NCBI RefSeq assembly: GCF_001194135.2
Contig: NC_068982.1
Location: forward strand, 84,435,860-84,480,114
DNA length: 44,255 nucleotides
Direction of reading: 5' to 3'
Source: Octopus bimaculoides
Taxonomy: Eukaryota
In this document: positions 12,334 through 27,554 of the stretch, one piece after another
Position numbering within the stretch: the first letter of the stretch is position 1
Layout: each line of letters begins with the position of its first letter
Made by a program: the position numbers and the translations under genes
The notes under the pieces: model-generated
Seen by the model: the letters and a program-made list of their open reading frames with translations, nothing else
Databases searched by the model: none
Told to the model about the DNA's origin: nothing

Positions 12334-12335
<2 letters not shown>
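12122..12335 (+). mobile_element. SINE body with V-domain-like core
   Basis: Contains GTCCACTCAGCTG and GATGGACTGGCGTCCCGTCCAG, motifs I recall from V-SINE-type cores; followed by (TA)n. The head is cut by a gap. Confidence 0.55.
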
Positions 12336-12383
<48 letters not shown>

Positions 12384-12829
12384 GAAGAAATGAGATTAAA
12401 AATCCAAGTAAACAATTTATAAGCACTCTGTAGGGATCAAATTTAATTAAGTAAATTGTCCAGTAAAAGCCAATGTTATCCATGTATGCCATAAAATTAC
12501 TTTCTGCTGCTACTTGTCCAATTTCTAAATCCAAAGTTCAAATACCAAATAAATTTAGTATAAATTCACAGAGTGAACAATTATACGTTCTTTAATCAGC
12601 TTATGCATGTTTTAAATTTACTGGCAAATTCCAAAATTCTTTGATGCAGTAATCATGCATATTAATCAATCCTATATTTGATTGACAAAGATTCTACAGA
12701 GATACAGAAATTTAACATCATCCTATCTTTATCAACACAGTAAATTTAGAGAGTTTGTTGAAATGGATTTAACCAATCCACTTAATAATAGTAATAAAGA
12801 TGGCAGTAACTATAATAATGCAAATGATA

Positions 12830-13335
12830 CTAATAACAACAATGATTTCAAATTGTGGCACAAGGCCAGCAATTCTGGAGGTGGGGTAAGTTGATTACAT
12901 CAACCATAGTACTTAACTGGTGCTTATTTTATCAAGCCTGAAAAGATGAAAGGCTAAGTCAGTCTCAGTGGAATTTGAACTCAGAACACAAGGACAGATG
13001 AAATGCTGTTAAGCATTTTTTACCCAGCATGCTAATGATTCTGCCAGCTTACTGCCTCTTATGGTCTTGAATTTTAGCACAATGTCAGCAAGTTTGGGGG
13101 AAGGGATAAGTCAATTAAATTGACTCCAGTGATCAACTGGTATTTATTTTATTGACCCCAAAAGATAAAAAGCAAAGTTGACCTCAGCAGAATTTAAACT
13201 TCGAACATAAAGACACAAAATGCTGCTAAGCATTTTTTCCAGTGTGCTAACAATTCTGCCTACTTGCTGCCTAAACAATAATAATAATCCTTTCTGTTAT
13301 TGGCATAAAGCCTGAAGTTTTGGGGGAGGAGACTT
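12830..13335 (-). mobile_element. Tandem Deu/Nin-domain tRNA-SINEs (two copies plus a fragment)
   Basis: Minus strand gives GAGTTCAAAT (B box) followed by GCCTTTCATC(T/C)TT..GGG.T.ATAAAAT..(G)TACCAG, a Deu/Nin-like core; (AAT)n tails. Confidence 0.75.
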
Positions 13336-13379
13336 TTTAAGTAAATTTGTCTCAAGCATCAAAGAGAGGAATGTCTGTA

Positions 13380-13800
13380 ATGCACTACTGTATCAGGTCA
13401 GGTCAAGTGTGGAGATATGTGCCTTTGCAGTGTGTTGCTGCATTCACCAGTTGTTGGTATATTCCCAGCTCCTCCTGGTCAAACCATCAAGTAGTGTTCC
13501 AGTCAATCCATGTCTCCACAAGAAACCAGCGCATCTTCAATGACCATATGGCATGTTGTCAACCAACACAAGCCATCAACTCAGCTGGGTCCTTAGTGAA
13601 AAGAACATGGCAAGCAGCATCTAACTTAGAAAATCAAGCAACATGGCCAAACAGTCTTCACTGGTGCTCCTAAATCATACAAGTGACAGGACATGTCTCA
13701 GTTTCTGAGAAGAGTTGTTGGTTGGATATGAAATCTAACCAATGATAATCCATAATCCTGAACTCCTTCAGTAGCAGGACTACTGTATTTTTGAGGAAAA
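13380..13800 (-). mobile_element. 3' fragment of a second LINE family with (TGACC)n tail
   Basis: Minus peptide ...DYHWLDFISNQQLF...EHQ*RLFGHVA...DAACHVLFTKDP...AATHCKGTYLHT* followed by tgacctgacctga; differs from the main RTE C-terminus. Confidence 0.7.
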
Positions 13801-14299
13801 CTAAAATGCAACTTATGTCTCGAGGAGACAATGTATATCCTTGCATCCAAATCTATCATATTAAATAAAAGAAATGAATTAATGTTAAGATGCACACATT
13901 TACTTAAAAGAACCTTTTAAATCTTCTCAAATAAATGTAGTATTGATTAGTGTACTCTAATATAATAGGTTAGGTCTGCCTTTCTTGGTCAGCTAGTAGA
14001 GACACTAATATAATAAAAGAAATTATCATCATTATTATTGTAGTTGTTACTGATATTATCATTGCTTTAATTTTTAAAAAATTCCATGAGTTGTTTAATT
14101 ATAATTTTTAAAACTTATATTTTTAACTTTATTTTTTATCTGAATTTATTTTAATCTTATTACAAGTATTTTCATTTTTAATATTTATTATTTTAAGGAA
14201 AATAATTATTTTGGTTATTTTCCTTTAGAATTCTCATTAACTCAACAAGTTTTCTTCTACTCATAGTTTATATTTAGAATTAGTACTGATCAAATGATA

Positions 14300-14660
14300 T
14301 TTCCATTATGACCCACTGAATAGCATGGTTCCGCATAACTCTGTTGTGTATTTGAATTGGTCAGTAATAGGTCAAAACGGTTAGGAATTTTGCCATAAAC
14401 ATTCTTCAAGATGAGGGATAGGACTGTAAAAACTAAGTATATTAGAATTCTGGCATGATCTGATAAATACTATTCTTAAGTAGGTTTGCTGAAGCACCAC
14501 CCTACCCCTTATACTGGTCAAATATTGTTAGTTTTACAACTATCTCCCTTAAAATGTTCTCTGTTGCAAGCAGTGTGGTACAGCTTTGATAAAGGTAAAA
14601 TGGTGTTGAATTTCTCTCTCAGTAGAATTTGGGTCGATCAAATATGGGATTGATTAAAAT
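14300..14660 (-). mobile_element. Possible very old Penelope GIY-YIG fragment
   Basis: Across frames on the minus strand: SCQNSNIL...KNVYGKIPNRF...ITDQFKIHN, loosely resembling a PLE endonuclease; many stops. Confidence 0.25.
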
Positions 14661-14775
14661 GCATAATTACAGCATCAAGTAATTTTGGTATTTGTCAGTC
14701 TACTTGAAATGTGCATAAGCTGATTAAAGAATGTATATTTCTCTATTCTTTTGGGTTCTTATATATGTATGTGTT

Positions 14776-14818
<43 letters not shown>

Positions 14819-14859
14819 CCAAACCATAACAATATCCTAAATAAGGAAGAATACATTGA

Positions 14860-14892
<33 letters not shown>

Positions 14893-14997
14893 TAAAGACT
14901 GTTCATGGCTGGAACACCTTTGATCAGGGCTACATTGGGATTAAATGCACAACACACCCAATCTACAAGACTGCATCAAAAACAATTAATCACTATA

Positions 14998-15128
14998 TGG
15001 CGTTAGGAAGGGCATCCAGCTGTAGAAACTCTGCCAAATTTAGATTGGAGCCTGGTGTTGCCATCCTGTTTCACCAGTCCTCAGTCAAGTCGTCCAACCC
15101 ATGCTAGCATGGAAAGCGGACGTTAAAC

Positions 15129-15159
<31 letters not shown>
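14998..15159 (+). mobile_element. Young RTE 3' tail-only insertion
   Basis: About 97% identical by eye to 28600-28755; long (GAT)n tail. Confidence 0.9.
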
Positions 15160-15285
15160 TCAAAATGTGCAGCATGGTACTCAACTAGAGGAATGATTAA
15201 CTATCTACATACCAAAGATTTGCTCATTCAGAGCTACACAACACACATACAGATTGAAAAGGACAACAGAAATAATTTCTCTTAC

Positions 15286-15343
15286 TTTGCTTGCTTTATA
15301 ATAAATTTGAGATCCCCAGGATCTCCATCTATGTGTGGTTCAC
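15286..15343 (-). CDS. DNAJB11: DNAJB11 exon 7 equivalent, 58 nt
   Basis: ctttcag|GT+EPHIDGDPGDLKFIIKQA+AA|gtaaga; matches EPHVDGEPGDLRFRIK. Confidence 0.95.
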
Positions 15344-15371
15344 CTGAAAGAAAAATAATAAGTTAAATGTC

Positions 15372-15375
<4 letters not shown>

Positions 15376-15422
<47 letters not shown>
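15376..15422. repeat. (TA)n microsatellite just upstream of the exon 7 acceptor region
   Basis: Directly visible; one of many (TA)n, (CA)n and (GA)n tracts, for example 12339-12377, 23013-23046 and 39504-39538. Confidence 0.9.
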
Positions 15423-15426
<4 letters not shown>

Positions 15427-15519
15427 TTGGTTCTAATGCCCAAACTAAAATGTTTTTTATATGTACTTTAATAGGGTAGTGTATTACTTTTATTAGGTTG
15501 TGTATGATTGACTAACAGA

Positions 15520-15890
15520 AATGGTGTGTAAGAGCACAAGTGACATAGACTCTCTTAATTGCCCAGGGAGCTCTCTTAAGGTAGTAGATAGTTTCTGCTA
15601 CTTAGATGACCAAATTAGTAATAGTTGTGGATGCTCTAAAAGTATTGTTTCTAGAATAAGAATAGGATGGAGGAAGTTCAGAGAGCTAGTACTTCTACTG
15701 GCAACAAAAGGACTCTCTCTTAAAGTGAAAGGTAGATTAAATGATGTTTGTGTACAAATAGCTATATTCCATGATATGAAGGCTGTATGCTCCATTGGAT
15801 TTGCACCATCAGTGTGCATGAAGAACAAAGCTCAACTGTGCTGAGAGAAAAGTTAGGTATAAGAGGGATTAAATGTGGCATGCAATTCCT
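15520..15890 (+). mobile_element. Old RTE internal fragment
   Basis: LKVVDSFCYL...RIRIGWRKFRELVLLLATKGLSLKVKGRL in ORF 15521-15844. Confidence 0.8.
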
Positions 15891-16180
15891 CACTCAAAAT
15901 TTGGAGGCAGGAACTCCAGGACACACCAGTTATATCAGTACTGCAGTCAACATAATCGACTAGCACCCTCCCCTAAAATTTCAAGGTTTGTGCCTATAAC
16001 AGAAAGAATTATTATTACCAGCAAAATACCATCCTCTGGGAAGTTTTCTGTTAGTTATTAATAACTCCCTTCTTCATTATTTGATTTGAGCATAATAGAT
16101 AGGTTAGTTTAATAATTGTCAATTTTAGATCAAATCACATGTCAAGAGTGTGTGTGTGCGCGTATCTATCTGTCATGTAC

Positions 16181-16530
16181 AGCTTTTATCTCGTTTGTTT
16201 CAGTCATTAGACTATAGCACTACCTTCAAGAATTTAAATCAAACAAATTGATCCCAGCGCTTTTGTTTATTTTTTGGACTGGTACTTTTCTATCGGTCTC
16301 TTTTGCTGAACCACTAAGTTATGAGGATATAAACACACCAACACCAGTTGTCAGGCGGCGGTGGGAAACAGACAGACAGACACACATATGAAGGGTTTCT
16401 TTCAGTTTCCATCTATTAAATCCACTCATGAGGGTATAGCAGAAGACACTTTCCCAAGGTGACACACAGTGGGACTGAACCTGGAACCATGTGGTTGGGA
16501 AACAAATTTCTTACCACACAGCTGCACCTG
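16181..16530 (-). mobile_element. tRNA-derived SINE (same family as 8697-9052)
   Basis: Head GCTGTGTGGTAAG...GGTTCAGTCCCACTG on the minus strand. Confidence 0.8.
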
Positions 16531-17069
16531 TATATACATACAGATATACAATCCATACATATGGGTGATAGTGAAAGTAATGCAGAAGTGGGAATAACTT
16601 TTTTATTAGATGACATTCAAACTGCACATGTTGGTAGAGTAACTCTCCTATACAAAGGTACCTCACAACATAGACTCTGGCACAAGTAATGCATTTGTGC
16701 TATTGTTGAACCTGACTCTTGAATCTTCTCTGAAAAAAGATTCAGGTGGCACTTTCACAATGTAAGATGTAATTTGAAGGAGATTTGGTTTCCTTAACAG
16801 CTCAAACACTGGTGTGGTTTCCAACTATACATCAACTTTCCAATTTAATTTCATGCAAGTGATGATTATTAAAATTAAACTTAAAAACCTAAATGGAATT
16901 TCATAAAGCTACCAAGAGAAAGCCTTCCCTATGCCTGAAAAAAAAAGACAAAAAAAACACAGCCGCCACCGCCACCATGAACAACTAGGTGAAACTATCT
17001 CACTCCAACAAAATTCTTACTCCTGTTTATTATATTAATGAGGGTGATGATGAACTGTAATAATAATAA

Positions 17070-17521
17070 TAATAAATGCCCTAATGCAGTATCAAGCAGT
17101 GGATCTCATGGCCTCTGATCTTAACTGATTGTAAATGCTATCTTGTACATTGTTTTGTCTTGGTATAAAAGATGGGCTACAACAAATATTCAAGTATCAT
17201 AGCTATGTGTTGAAAGGAATTCTTTGTGGTTTGAATAATTCATCTCTGAAAACATAGGTGTTTCATTCAACATCCTTAAATGATCCTTATTCAGAGAACT
17301 TTTGAGTGGGATGGGCTACTCGACCTGAAGAAAATTCTAGCTGGGCCCCACCTGCAAGGTCATGCACTATTTACCTTGATATGAGATCACCATGTCATGC
17401 ACATATGGTTGTGATGCATGTGCCTGGTGTACCATTATCAGACAGGTAGTCATGACAGGTATACTGGGCTTTGTATATTTTACCCCAGTGTCACTTTGAT
17501 GGTATGCACTTCTTTCTCACT
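17070..17521. repeat. Unclassified dispersed repeat; 17298-17720 is repeated at 17773-18185 across a gap
   Basis: Identical sequence on both sides of the N gap 17721-17772, differing mainly in (AAT)n length. A probable relative lies inverted at 22440-22600. Confidence 0.55.
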
Positions 17522-17522
17522 C

Positions 17523-17557
<35 letters not shown>

Positions 17558-18439
17558 TAATAATAATAATAATAATAATAATAATCCTTTCTACTAAAGA
17601 CACAAGGTCTGAAATTTGGGAGAAAGGGAATAGTTGATTACATTGACCCCAGTGTTTCACGGGTACTTAATTTATTGACCCCGAAAGGATGAAAGGCAAA
17701 GTTGATCTTGGCAGAATTTTNNNNNNNNNNNNNNNNNNNNNNNNNNNNNNNNNNNNNNNNNNNNNNNNNNNNACTTTTGAGTGGGATGGGCTACTCGACC
17801 TGAAGAAAATTCTAGCTGGGCCCCACCTGCAAGGTCATGCACTATTTACCTTGATATGAGATCACCATGTCATGCACATATGGTTGTGATGCATGTGCCT
17901 GGTGTACCATTATCAGACAGGTAGTCATGACAGGTATACTGGGCTTTGTATATTTTACCCCAGTGTCACTTTGATGGTATGCACTTCTTTCTCACTCAAT
18001 AATAATAATAATAATAATAATGATAATAATAATAATAATAATAATAATAATCCTTTCTACTAAAGACACAAGGTCTGAAATTTGGGAGAAAGGGAATAGT
18101 TGATTACATTGACCCCAGTGTTTCACGGGTACTTAATTTATTGACCCCGAAAGGATGAAAGGCAAAGTTGATCTTGGCAGAATTTTAATTCAGAACATAA
18201 GGACAACATGCTAACGATTCTGCCAGTTCTCTGCATTAATGATAATAATAATCCTTTCTACTGAAGGCACAAGGCTTGAAATTTTGGGGGAAGGGAGTAG
18301 TCAATCATGTCAACCCCAGGGAAACATTGGTACTTAATTTACTGATCTCGAGAGAATGAAAGGCAAAGTTGACCTTGGAATTTTGAACTCAGAACGTAAA
18401 GACAGACAAAATGTCACTAAGCATGCTAACAGTTATACC

Positions 18440-18440
<1 letters not shown>
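17522..18440 (-). mobile_element. Cluster of Deu/Nin-domain SINE copies with (AAT)n tails
   Basis: Copies at ~17522-17720, ~17997-18238 and ~18240-18440 share ttgaccccgaaaggatgaaaggcaaagt. Confidence 0.75.
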
Positions 18441-20777
<2,337 letters not shown>

Positions 20778-20782
20778 TGCAC

Positions 20783-20865
20783 CTTCAGCGATAAAAGGAT
20801 GTTCTTGACCATCACGCATACCAGGTTCAATTTCAACTTCTAACAATTTTTCTTCTGGAACAAAT
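20783..20865 (-). CDS. DNAJB11: DNAJB11 exon 6 equivalent, 83 nt
   Basis: tttttatgtag|A+[27 protein letters not shown]+G|gtgcaa; matches [21 protein letters not shown]. The donor is weak. Confidence 0.95.
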
Positions 20866-22039
20866 CTACATAAAAAGATAAAATTAAAAGATTCAAATGT
20901 ATAGCAAGTTATAAAACTTGACAAAAAATAAAAAATGAATACAATAGATATGCATTTAAAAGCAAAATTTTATTAGCAATCAATAAGATTCAGGAGAAAT
21001 TTGAGTGTTAGGGAATTTATATAAATATCTTATTGCTTCTATCAAGGAGACAGTTTGTATTCTAAAGGTCCAACATTTCTAGTGATAATACCAGACTTGT
21101 TAGCAACTATTGCTATGAAAACATGTTTTTCACATAAGAAGATTGAAACAAGGAAAGTAAATTTTTACCAAAGGTACAATACAGTGTTATAAGAGGATTG
21201 AATTTAATATTCCTACATATTAATTATTTAAGTACACTTTCTCAATAGATAACAAAACTAGACAGGCATTTGTTTGACAAACGTAAAGTTTGGTCTCATT
21301 CCACAGTACTTTAGTTAAATGTGTTCTACTCTAGTCCCAGCCTGATCAACTGAATTAGGTAGACATAAACTGCAGGAAGCCCACTGTGTATATATGTATG
21401 TACATTATTGGGTGCATGCCCATGTGTGTGTGCATAAACACCAATATTTTTCTCTTCGGTGAAACATTGATGATGTTTGTATTTCTTGTGGACATTATGA
21501 TTGGTCATTCTGCAATCTACAATAAAATGATCTTTCACTCAAAAAACAGGTAATGGTTGGCAACAAGAAGACCATCTGGTCGTAAGATCTTGCCTTAAAT
21601 AATTATCTCGTCTAACCATTGTTAGCATGGAAAATGGATCTTGAACAACTGAACAAACCAACAAACCAGTACTATATTATTACTGCATGGACTAGACACT
21701 AAATTTAATGAGCTCTATTATGGAGAGAAAGAAAAACAGAAGACATTGACAGAGAGGTTAGTTAGATTTTTAAAATCCCAAAAGTTTTTGATAATCAAGG
21801 CCTCATCATTCATACCAAATTAATCAGTTAACTGTCTAGCATTCACTGCTAGATACTTTTTCAGATTACTTGCACTTAACATTTTATGATTACTTGCACA
21901 TTATTTTATCAGATATTACTTCAGCCACCATCACCACCACCAACAACAATTAACACTGCACAAAGGAGTACTACTCCACACATTTAGGATGCTGCTACAT
22001 AAACAGACATTCAAGAAAGACCATTCAAGAAAGTCACTC

Positions 22040-22330
22040 ACAGATATGTCACAGCCTCTAGCCTACAATCATGCAGTCTCCTCTTACTATCAATTCCTAC
22101 AGTACTCCAATGGCCTCTGATCCTGAGTGCTAGCCACTCTTGTGCTATCTCCACTCAGGTATTTTTGACTTATTCTTTCCTAATCTCATAACCCATGTTG
22201 TGTCCAATCTCCCAGGCTCCAAATCAATATTTCCAGTCCTTCCTCACTCAAATGTCATCCTTCTGGAATTTCTTTCCTACACATGACTTTCTTGCAGTCA
22301 TCAATTTGTTAACAGTATCCCTATTACACT
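22040..22330 (+). mobile_element. CR1/L2/Jockey-group LINE 3' fragment, old
   Basis: Degenerate QPLAYNHAVSS..LQYSNGL*S*VLA...SHNP...QSFLTQMSSFWN resembles the LQPLAHRR.VSSL...YYNG.CSSELA...SF.PRTS.LWN C-terminus. Confidence 0.55.
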
Positions 22331-23009
22331 GTGTAACATAATTTTTGTCCTTGGGTAACAACTGTTATTTCCTATTTGCTTACCCTTAGAAAGTATGAAA
22401 AATGGTTGACAGTTCCTTTAAATTTTGTTTTAACTATATTTACCCAAACCCCAAAGAATCCTTGGCTATGATACTCCCCCACTACTCATGCTCATGATCA
22501 GAGATTGTCAGCCACTAAGAAGGGACATGCTCAAGTGGTTATGGCCAAGCAACTGACAAGCAAATTTGTGATATTGAGCAGAATATTTGCTCAAATATTT
22601 CTGCTTCAGTAACTCAGCACTGAATCTGTCTGTTATGTAATGGAGAACAGGTCAGTTTCAAAACATTGATATCCAGGTCACAAAAGCAAAGTTTGAAGGA
22701 AATAATAGTCATTTCCTTTGATTTCTAGACAGAAGCAAATAGAAAATAACACTTACTGAACAAAGACAAAAATAGAATTTTAATTTTGTTATGAGGTGTT
22801 ATTTGTTTAGGAGAGCCTGTAGGGGCTGTGGGTACTGCCCACTCTCCAGACCTATATAATAAAAATAAAATTACACTTAAGTTTTCATACCTCTTAATGA
22901 TGTATATCTAATCACATTATACTCAACTCATTGCTTTCCAGTTTCAACAAATTTACATTGAAGGTTATATCAAATTAACTACGTCTTCTTATACGTTATT
23001 CAGTCTACT

Positions 23010-23048
<39 letters not shown>

Positions 23049-23452
23049 CTTTGATGTTAGTTAATCTATTTGTTTTTATGAACCAAGCTGATACTGGTTT
23101 CCTAAAATCACTACAAGTATTAAGTTGCCTGGGTAACAAATTACCAACTACTGTTTGTAAATTGTCTCTATATGACACATCTGATTCTATGGCTGCAGTC
23201 TAATGACCGAAATAAGTAAAAAGTAAAGGATAAAAATAGCAATTATAAGTCTACACACAGTTGCTTTAATCTGGTATAAATAGCAGCTAAATCTCTGACC
23301 CATACTCAACTATCTTCAAAAATAAAGAAGGAAGGCAAAATATAATATGCCTGAAAAAACCAAAACAAAAGATAATCAAAGCTGGAACACATTTGATTGT
23401 GAATCTGTCGGATGAGGAATGACCTAGAGATTAAACAAGAAAAACTTCTTAC

Positions 23453-23595
23453 TTGATATTGGGGCATTCATCACACACATGTTGCTGTACCATTTGGAAG
23501 CGACCAGGTCCTAATTGTGTTGTAACCATTTCCATTCGACAGTTGCACTGACGCTTTCCTTTAGCAGGTTTAGCAACTGGTTTGTACCTGATTAC
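23453..23595 (-). CDS. DNAJB11: DNAJB11 exon 5 equivalent (Cys-rich domain), 143 nt
   Basis: ttcag|[47 protein letters not shown]+AA|gtaaga. The CNC...QLGPGRFQM...CDECPN signature is diagnostic of ERdj3. Confidence 0.98.
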
Positions 23596-23749
23596 CTGAA
23601 ATATACCAGGAGAAAAAAATTATGAAAGAGCTCAGATGGATATATATTCTCATAATTTTAATTTTTAATTGCCCATATTACAATAACATTTTTGGAAAAT
23701 TATTTTCATGCTAGTTGTCTACTCAGTCTCAGTCATTCTAACAAGTAGC

Positions 23750-24610
23750 TCATCGTCATCATCATTTCATGTATGCTCTCCATGCTGGTACAGACTAGAT
23801 AGTTTAATAGGATCTAATGGGTCAGAGGACCACATCACACTCCAGTATCTTAGCTTTGGTATGGCTTCTACAACTGAATGACAATCTTAGCACCAAGTAC
23901 TTTACAGAATGTACTGGGCATGGTCACATGGTACCGGCACATGTGACGTTGCCATATAACTTGCAAGACTAAAGAGCCATTCAAATGAGTAGGAGTATAG
24001 TAGAGATTGAAGTCAATTTATGCCAGGTGTTGATAGTTTAAAGCATAGAAGCAGAGATGATGTCGAGGAGATACATAGCTACTCTGCATTATATAAGGGT
24101 GTATCGGAATAATTGGAGTGCAGCTGGAAAGAAAGCTAAATATGGTAATGACAAAGCATCAAAGTATGGAACAAGAAGGTGAAGAAAATGTGGGGACAGA
24201 AGATTAGGAAGGGTGGGTGGATAAAGGTTGCAAGAATGTGAGGGGAGACTGAGAGATGTTTACAGATGGGTGTAGAAGTGAATATAGTGAATGGTGAACA
24301 AGAGTGGATGAGTAGTTTCTGATAAATATGAGTTGCAGAGAAGATAAAAAGAATAAGGAATGCATGTCAATAAGAAAGACTTAGAAGAGAAGAAGTGACA
24401 GCTGAGAGTACAGAAAAAGTGAAGAGCAGCAGAGTGATACAGTGCATAGGAGAAAAATGAGAGATAAGAAATAATGGATGGTGTAAGTAAGTAAAGGTTA
24501 CAAGAGTGTGACTGAGATATATATAGTGATTGAGAAGGAGGTAGTTAGAAGTATAACAGTGTGAATGTGACCCTCGTAACATCTCTATTCTCATTTTCAT
24601 CAGATGCTTC
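23750..24610 (-). mobile_element. Old RTE-family 3' UTR
   Basis: Degenerate (CAT)n tail at ~23750 and a purine-rich plus strand mirroring the pyrimidine-rich UTRs. Confidence 0.55.
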
Positions 24611-25519
24611 AGCTAGTTCTCACCTAAATTTCTGATTGTTCAATGGATTTTTAAGTTTCAGTATCTTTTTTTTTTTCAAACTGGTCTGTGTTTCTGAGTC
24701 CTTCTAGCTCTAAATCTGAAATCACTAATCATTAACCTATGTTGGGTTGTACATCAGGAAAGGACTTCATATTTGCAAGCATCTGTCTTAGCTACATCAG
24801 TTTTCCTTGCATATGAGTAAGTTATCCAATGAGGAGAAACACTAAAGTGAATACATCACTTACAGAATAGAGACAGCTCTGTCAATGAATTGACAGAAAG
24901 AAGCAAACCCATACATCATACCTATACATAAAAGCAGAGATAACTGCCAGGGGAGCATATTATTTATTAAGGAACAGAGGTGGTGAAAATGGGTTGGTTT
25001 GAGAAAGGGGTAGTAAGATACAGATTGTACTCTTTTCTTTTATGAAACTATTACTTAAAATTATTTGAAAATGTCAATATTTCTATATTTGAAAGACTTA
25101 CACTTAATGCCTCGAAGAGCAAAATTTTACAGAGATTTAAGATTAATGGAAAATACATACTGGATAATTATTTAATATCAATGAGAAATACATACTGGAA
25201 TTATTATTATATTTTAAATTATACTTTCATGAATAAGCTAGATACTTGCCCACAGAGAAAGGAAGGAGCATTTATATTACATACTTAAAGAATAGAAGTT
25301 TAGAAACTTATCTATCTTTCTTACTTGAATATAATGGGCTATCCAATGAGCAAAAACTTTAGAATGAATATATTGCTTTCAGAATAATAAAAAGAAACAG
25401 ATCAGGCTCCTTTTCCTAATAAAACTATTACTTAAAATTGCTTAAAAACTTGAATATTTCTATGTTTAAAAAGGCTTATGCTAATTTCTCTAAAACTTTT
25501 TATTTATATATAATTTGTT

Positions 25520-27385
25520 GTGAAAGCAAAACATGGAGTCAAAGGGTCTTAAAGTTAACTTAGCAAAGACCTAAGAAGAGGACAGACAGGAAGCTACAAC
25601 CATCAGGAAAATGGCTCTGCTTGATATGTAGAAAAAGAGTAGGAAGAAATTCCATTCACTGTACACAGCGCAAACTATGGATACATAAAAGGTGCAGTGG
25701 TATCACAGGAAAGTAAATGGAAAGAGAGAGTGGACTTTATCTAAGACATGCACAGGAACAATAAACACAGAACACATGGGACAGATTTTCTTAAATGCCG
25801 AAGAGGTTCACTAGAAATAGTAGATACTTTCTGTTATGCAGGTGAACTAATTATCAGTGGATGAGGATGTTCTGAAAACATAGGATGTAGAATATTCAGA
25901 GAGCTATTGTTTCTGTTGGTAACAAATGGCTTCTCACACAGTGAATGGCAGATTGTACAGTACTTGCATATGAACATTGATGATACATGGTAGTGAAATG
26001 TGGGCCCTAAATGCAGTAGATATGCAAAGGTTAGAAAGGAATGAAGTTAATATGCTCTGCTGGATGTCCTATGCCAGTGTGCATACACAACAAAATGCAA
26101 ATGCATTGAGAGAAAAAAACTAGGCTTAAGGGGTATCAGGTGTATGGTGCAAGAGAGATGACTGCACTGGCATAGTTATGTGATGCATAGAAATGAAGAC
26201 AGCTGCATATAGAAATGCTAATCACTAAATGTGGATAGGACCTTTGAAAGAGGGAGATCCAAGACATCATATGATGATGTAATGAAAAACCTCAAGATGT
26301 TGAGCCTGAAGGAAGAAATGACAAAGGACTAGGGTGACTGGTGATTTGTTATGCCTGAGAAGACCTGATTATCCAGGTAAAAATGAGATCCTAAAAGCCT
26401 ATCACTTTCTGTATGCCCTTGCATTCGAGTTGGCCCCACAACCCATCTTACCAACACCCATCCTTCCATCCTTCTTCTAACTACAACACTAGCTTACCAG
26501 TAGAGATGCACATATTTCATTTACCATACTAGTTTCCCTTTCTCTGGGAGCTACCTTCTCATGTTACTCACCTTGCATTCTCAATATTATGCTATACTAC
26601 TATCGAATACCATCTTATATCAGCCATCACCTCACTCCTCACCCAATAACTCTCTTGCATTACATTCACTCCTACATACCTTAGATCTCTGCCCTTGTCA
26701 CTGAGCACCCTTCCCTCTCTCCCCACTCCTCACACTGCTCATCCCTCTCACCTTTCTGTACTGTCACTTATTCCTCCTCCCTGTCCCACTCCTATTTCCT
26801 TCACTTCCGCCAAACTGATATTCCCATTGACCATGTTCTATTCCCTGCTTGTCATTCATTGCATTATCTATATCCCAATATTCCCTATCTCTAACTGCTT
26901 GTCACTTACCTCATACTCTTGCAAACTTACCCAATCTTCTGTCCCTATACCCCTCACCTGTTGTTCTTTCTTCATCCCTCACATTCACCCTCTTGTACCT
27001 TGAGGGTACTTCATACCACCACCACCACCACTTCTCTTCTTTTCCAGTTGGGGTAGGTATGTATCTTCTCTACAACAAAACACCTGTTCCTATCCCTCAA
27101 TCATACTTTTGCTTCTCAACACCTAACATAAGTCACCTCCCTAAATACTATACATTGATCAGTTAAGGAAGTCATATCTTGCAAGTTACTTGGTGACCTT
27201 ACCAGTTCCAGTACAATGTAAACAGCACCAAGTACACTCTGTAAAGTGTTGGCATTAGGAAGGACATCCAACCATAGAAACCATGCCATAACAGACAATG
27301 GAGCTCGACGCTATCCTCTATCCTGTTGGATTCTCTCAAATCATTCATTCCATGCCAGTATGGAATATGGATGCTAAATGATGAA
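25520..27385 (+). mobile_element. Old RTE LINE (RT end, PHD-like insert, long UTR)
   Basis: MESKGLKVNLAKT, CRKRVGRNSIHCTQRKLWIHKRC, and tail gctaaatgatgaag. Confidence 0.8.
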
Positions 27386-27554
27386 GAATTAGTATTTAAT
27401 CTTTCACTTCTAGGTATAAGATACCTGATGACAATCAGAAAATGAACTGAATGAAACATAGTGTAGATGTAAGCATTAAAAATAAAATATTTCATCTCTA
27501 AAGATAAACCAAAATAAAATCAGACCAAGTCACTGAATATTATCAAATTGTTAT

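Noticed and set aside
17298-18185. 420-bp direct repeat suggestive of LTRs
   Set aside because: It straddles an N gap, is identical apart from (AAT)n length and has no TG..CA ends or PBS; most likely an uncollapsed allelic overlap.
21460-21540. TGATGA as a possible snoRNA C box
   Set aside because: No paired D box (CTGA) or terminal stem at a suitable distance.
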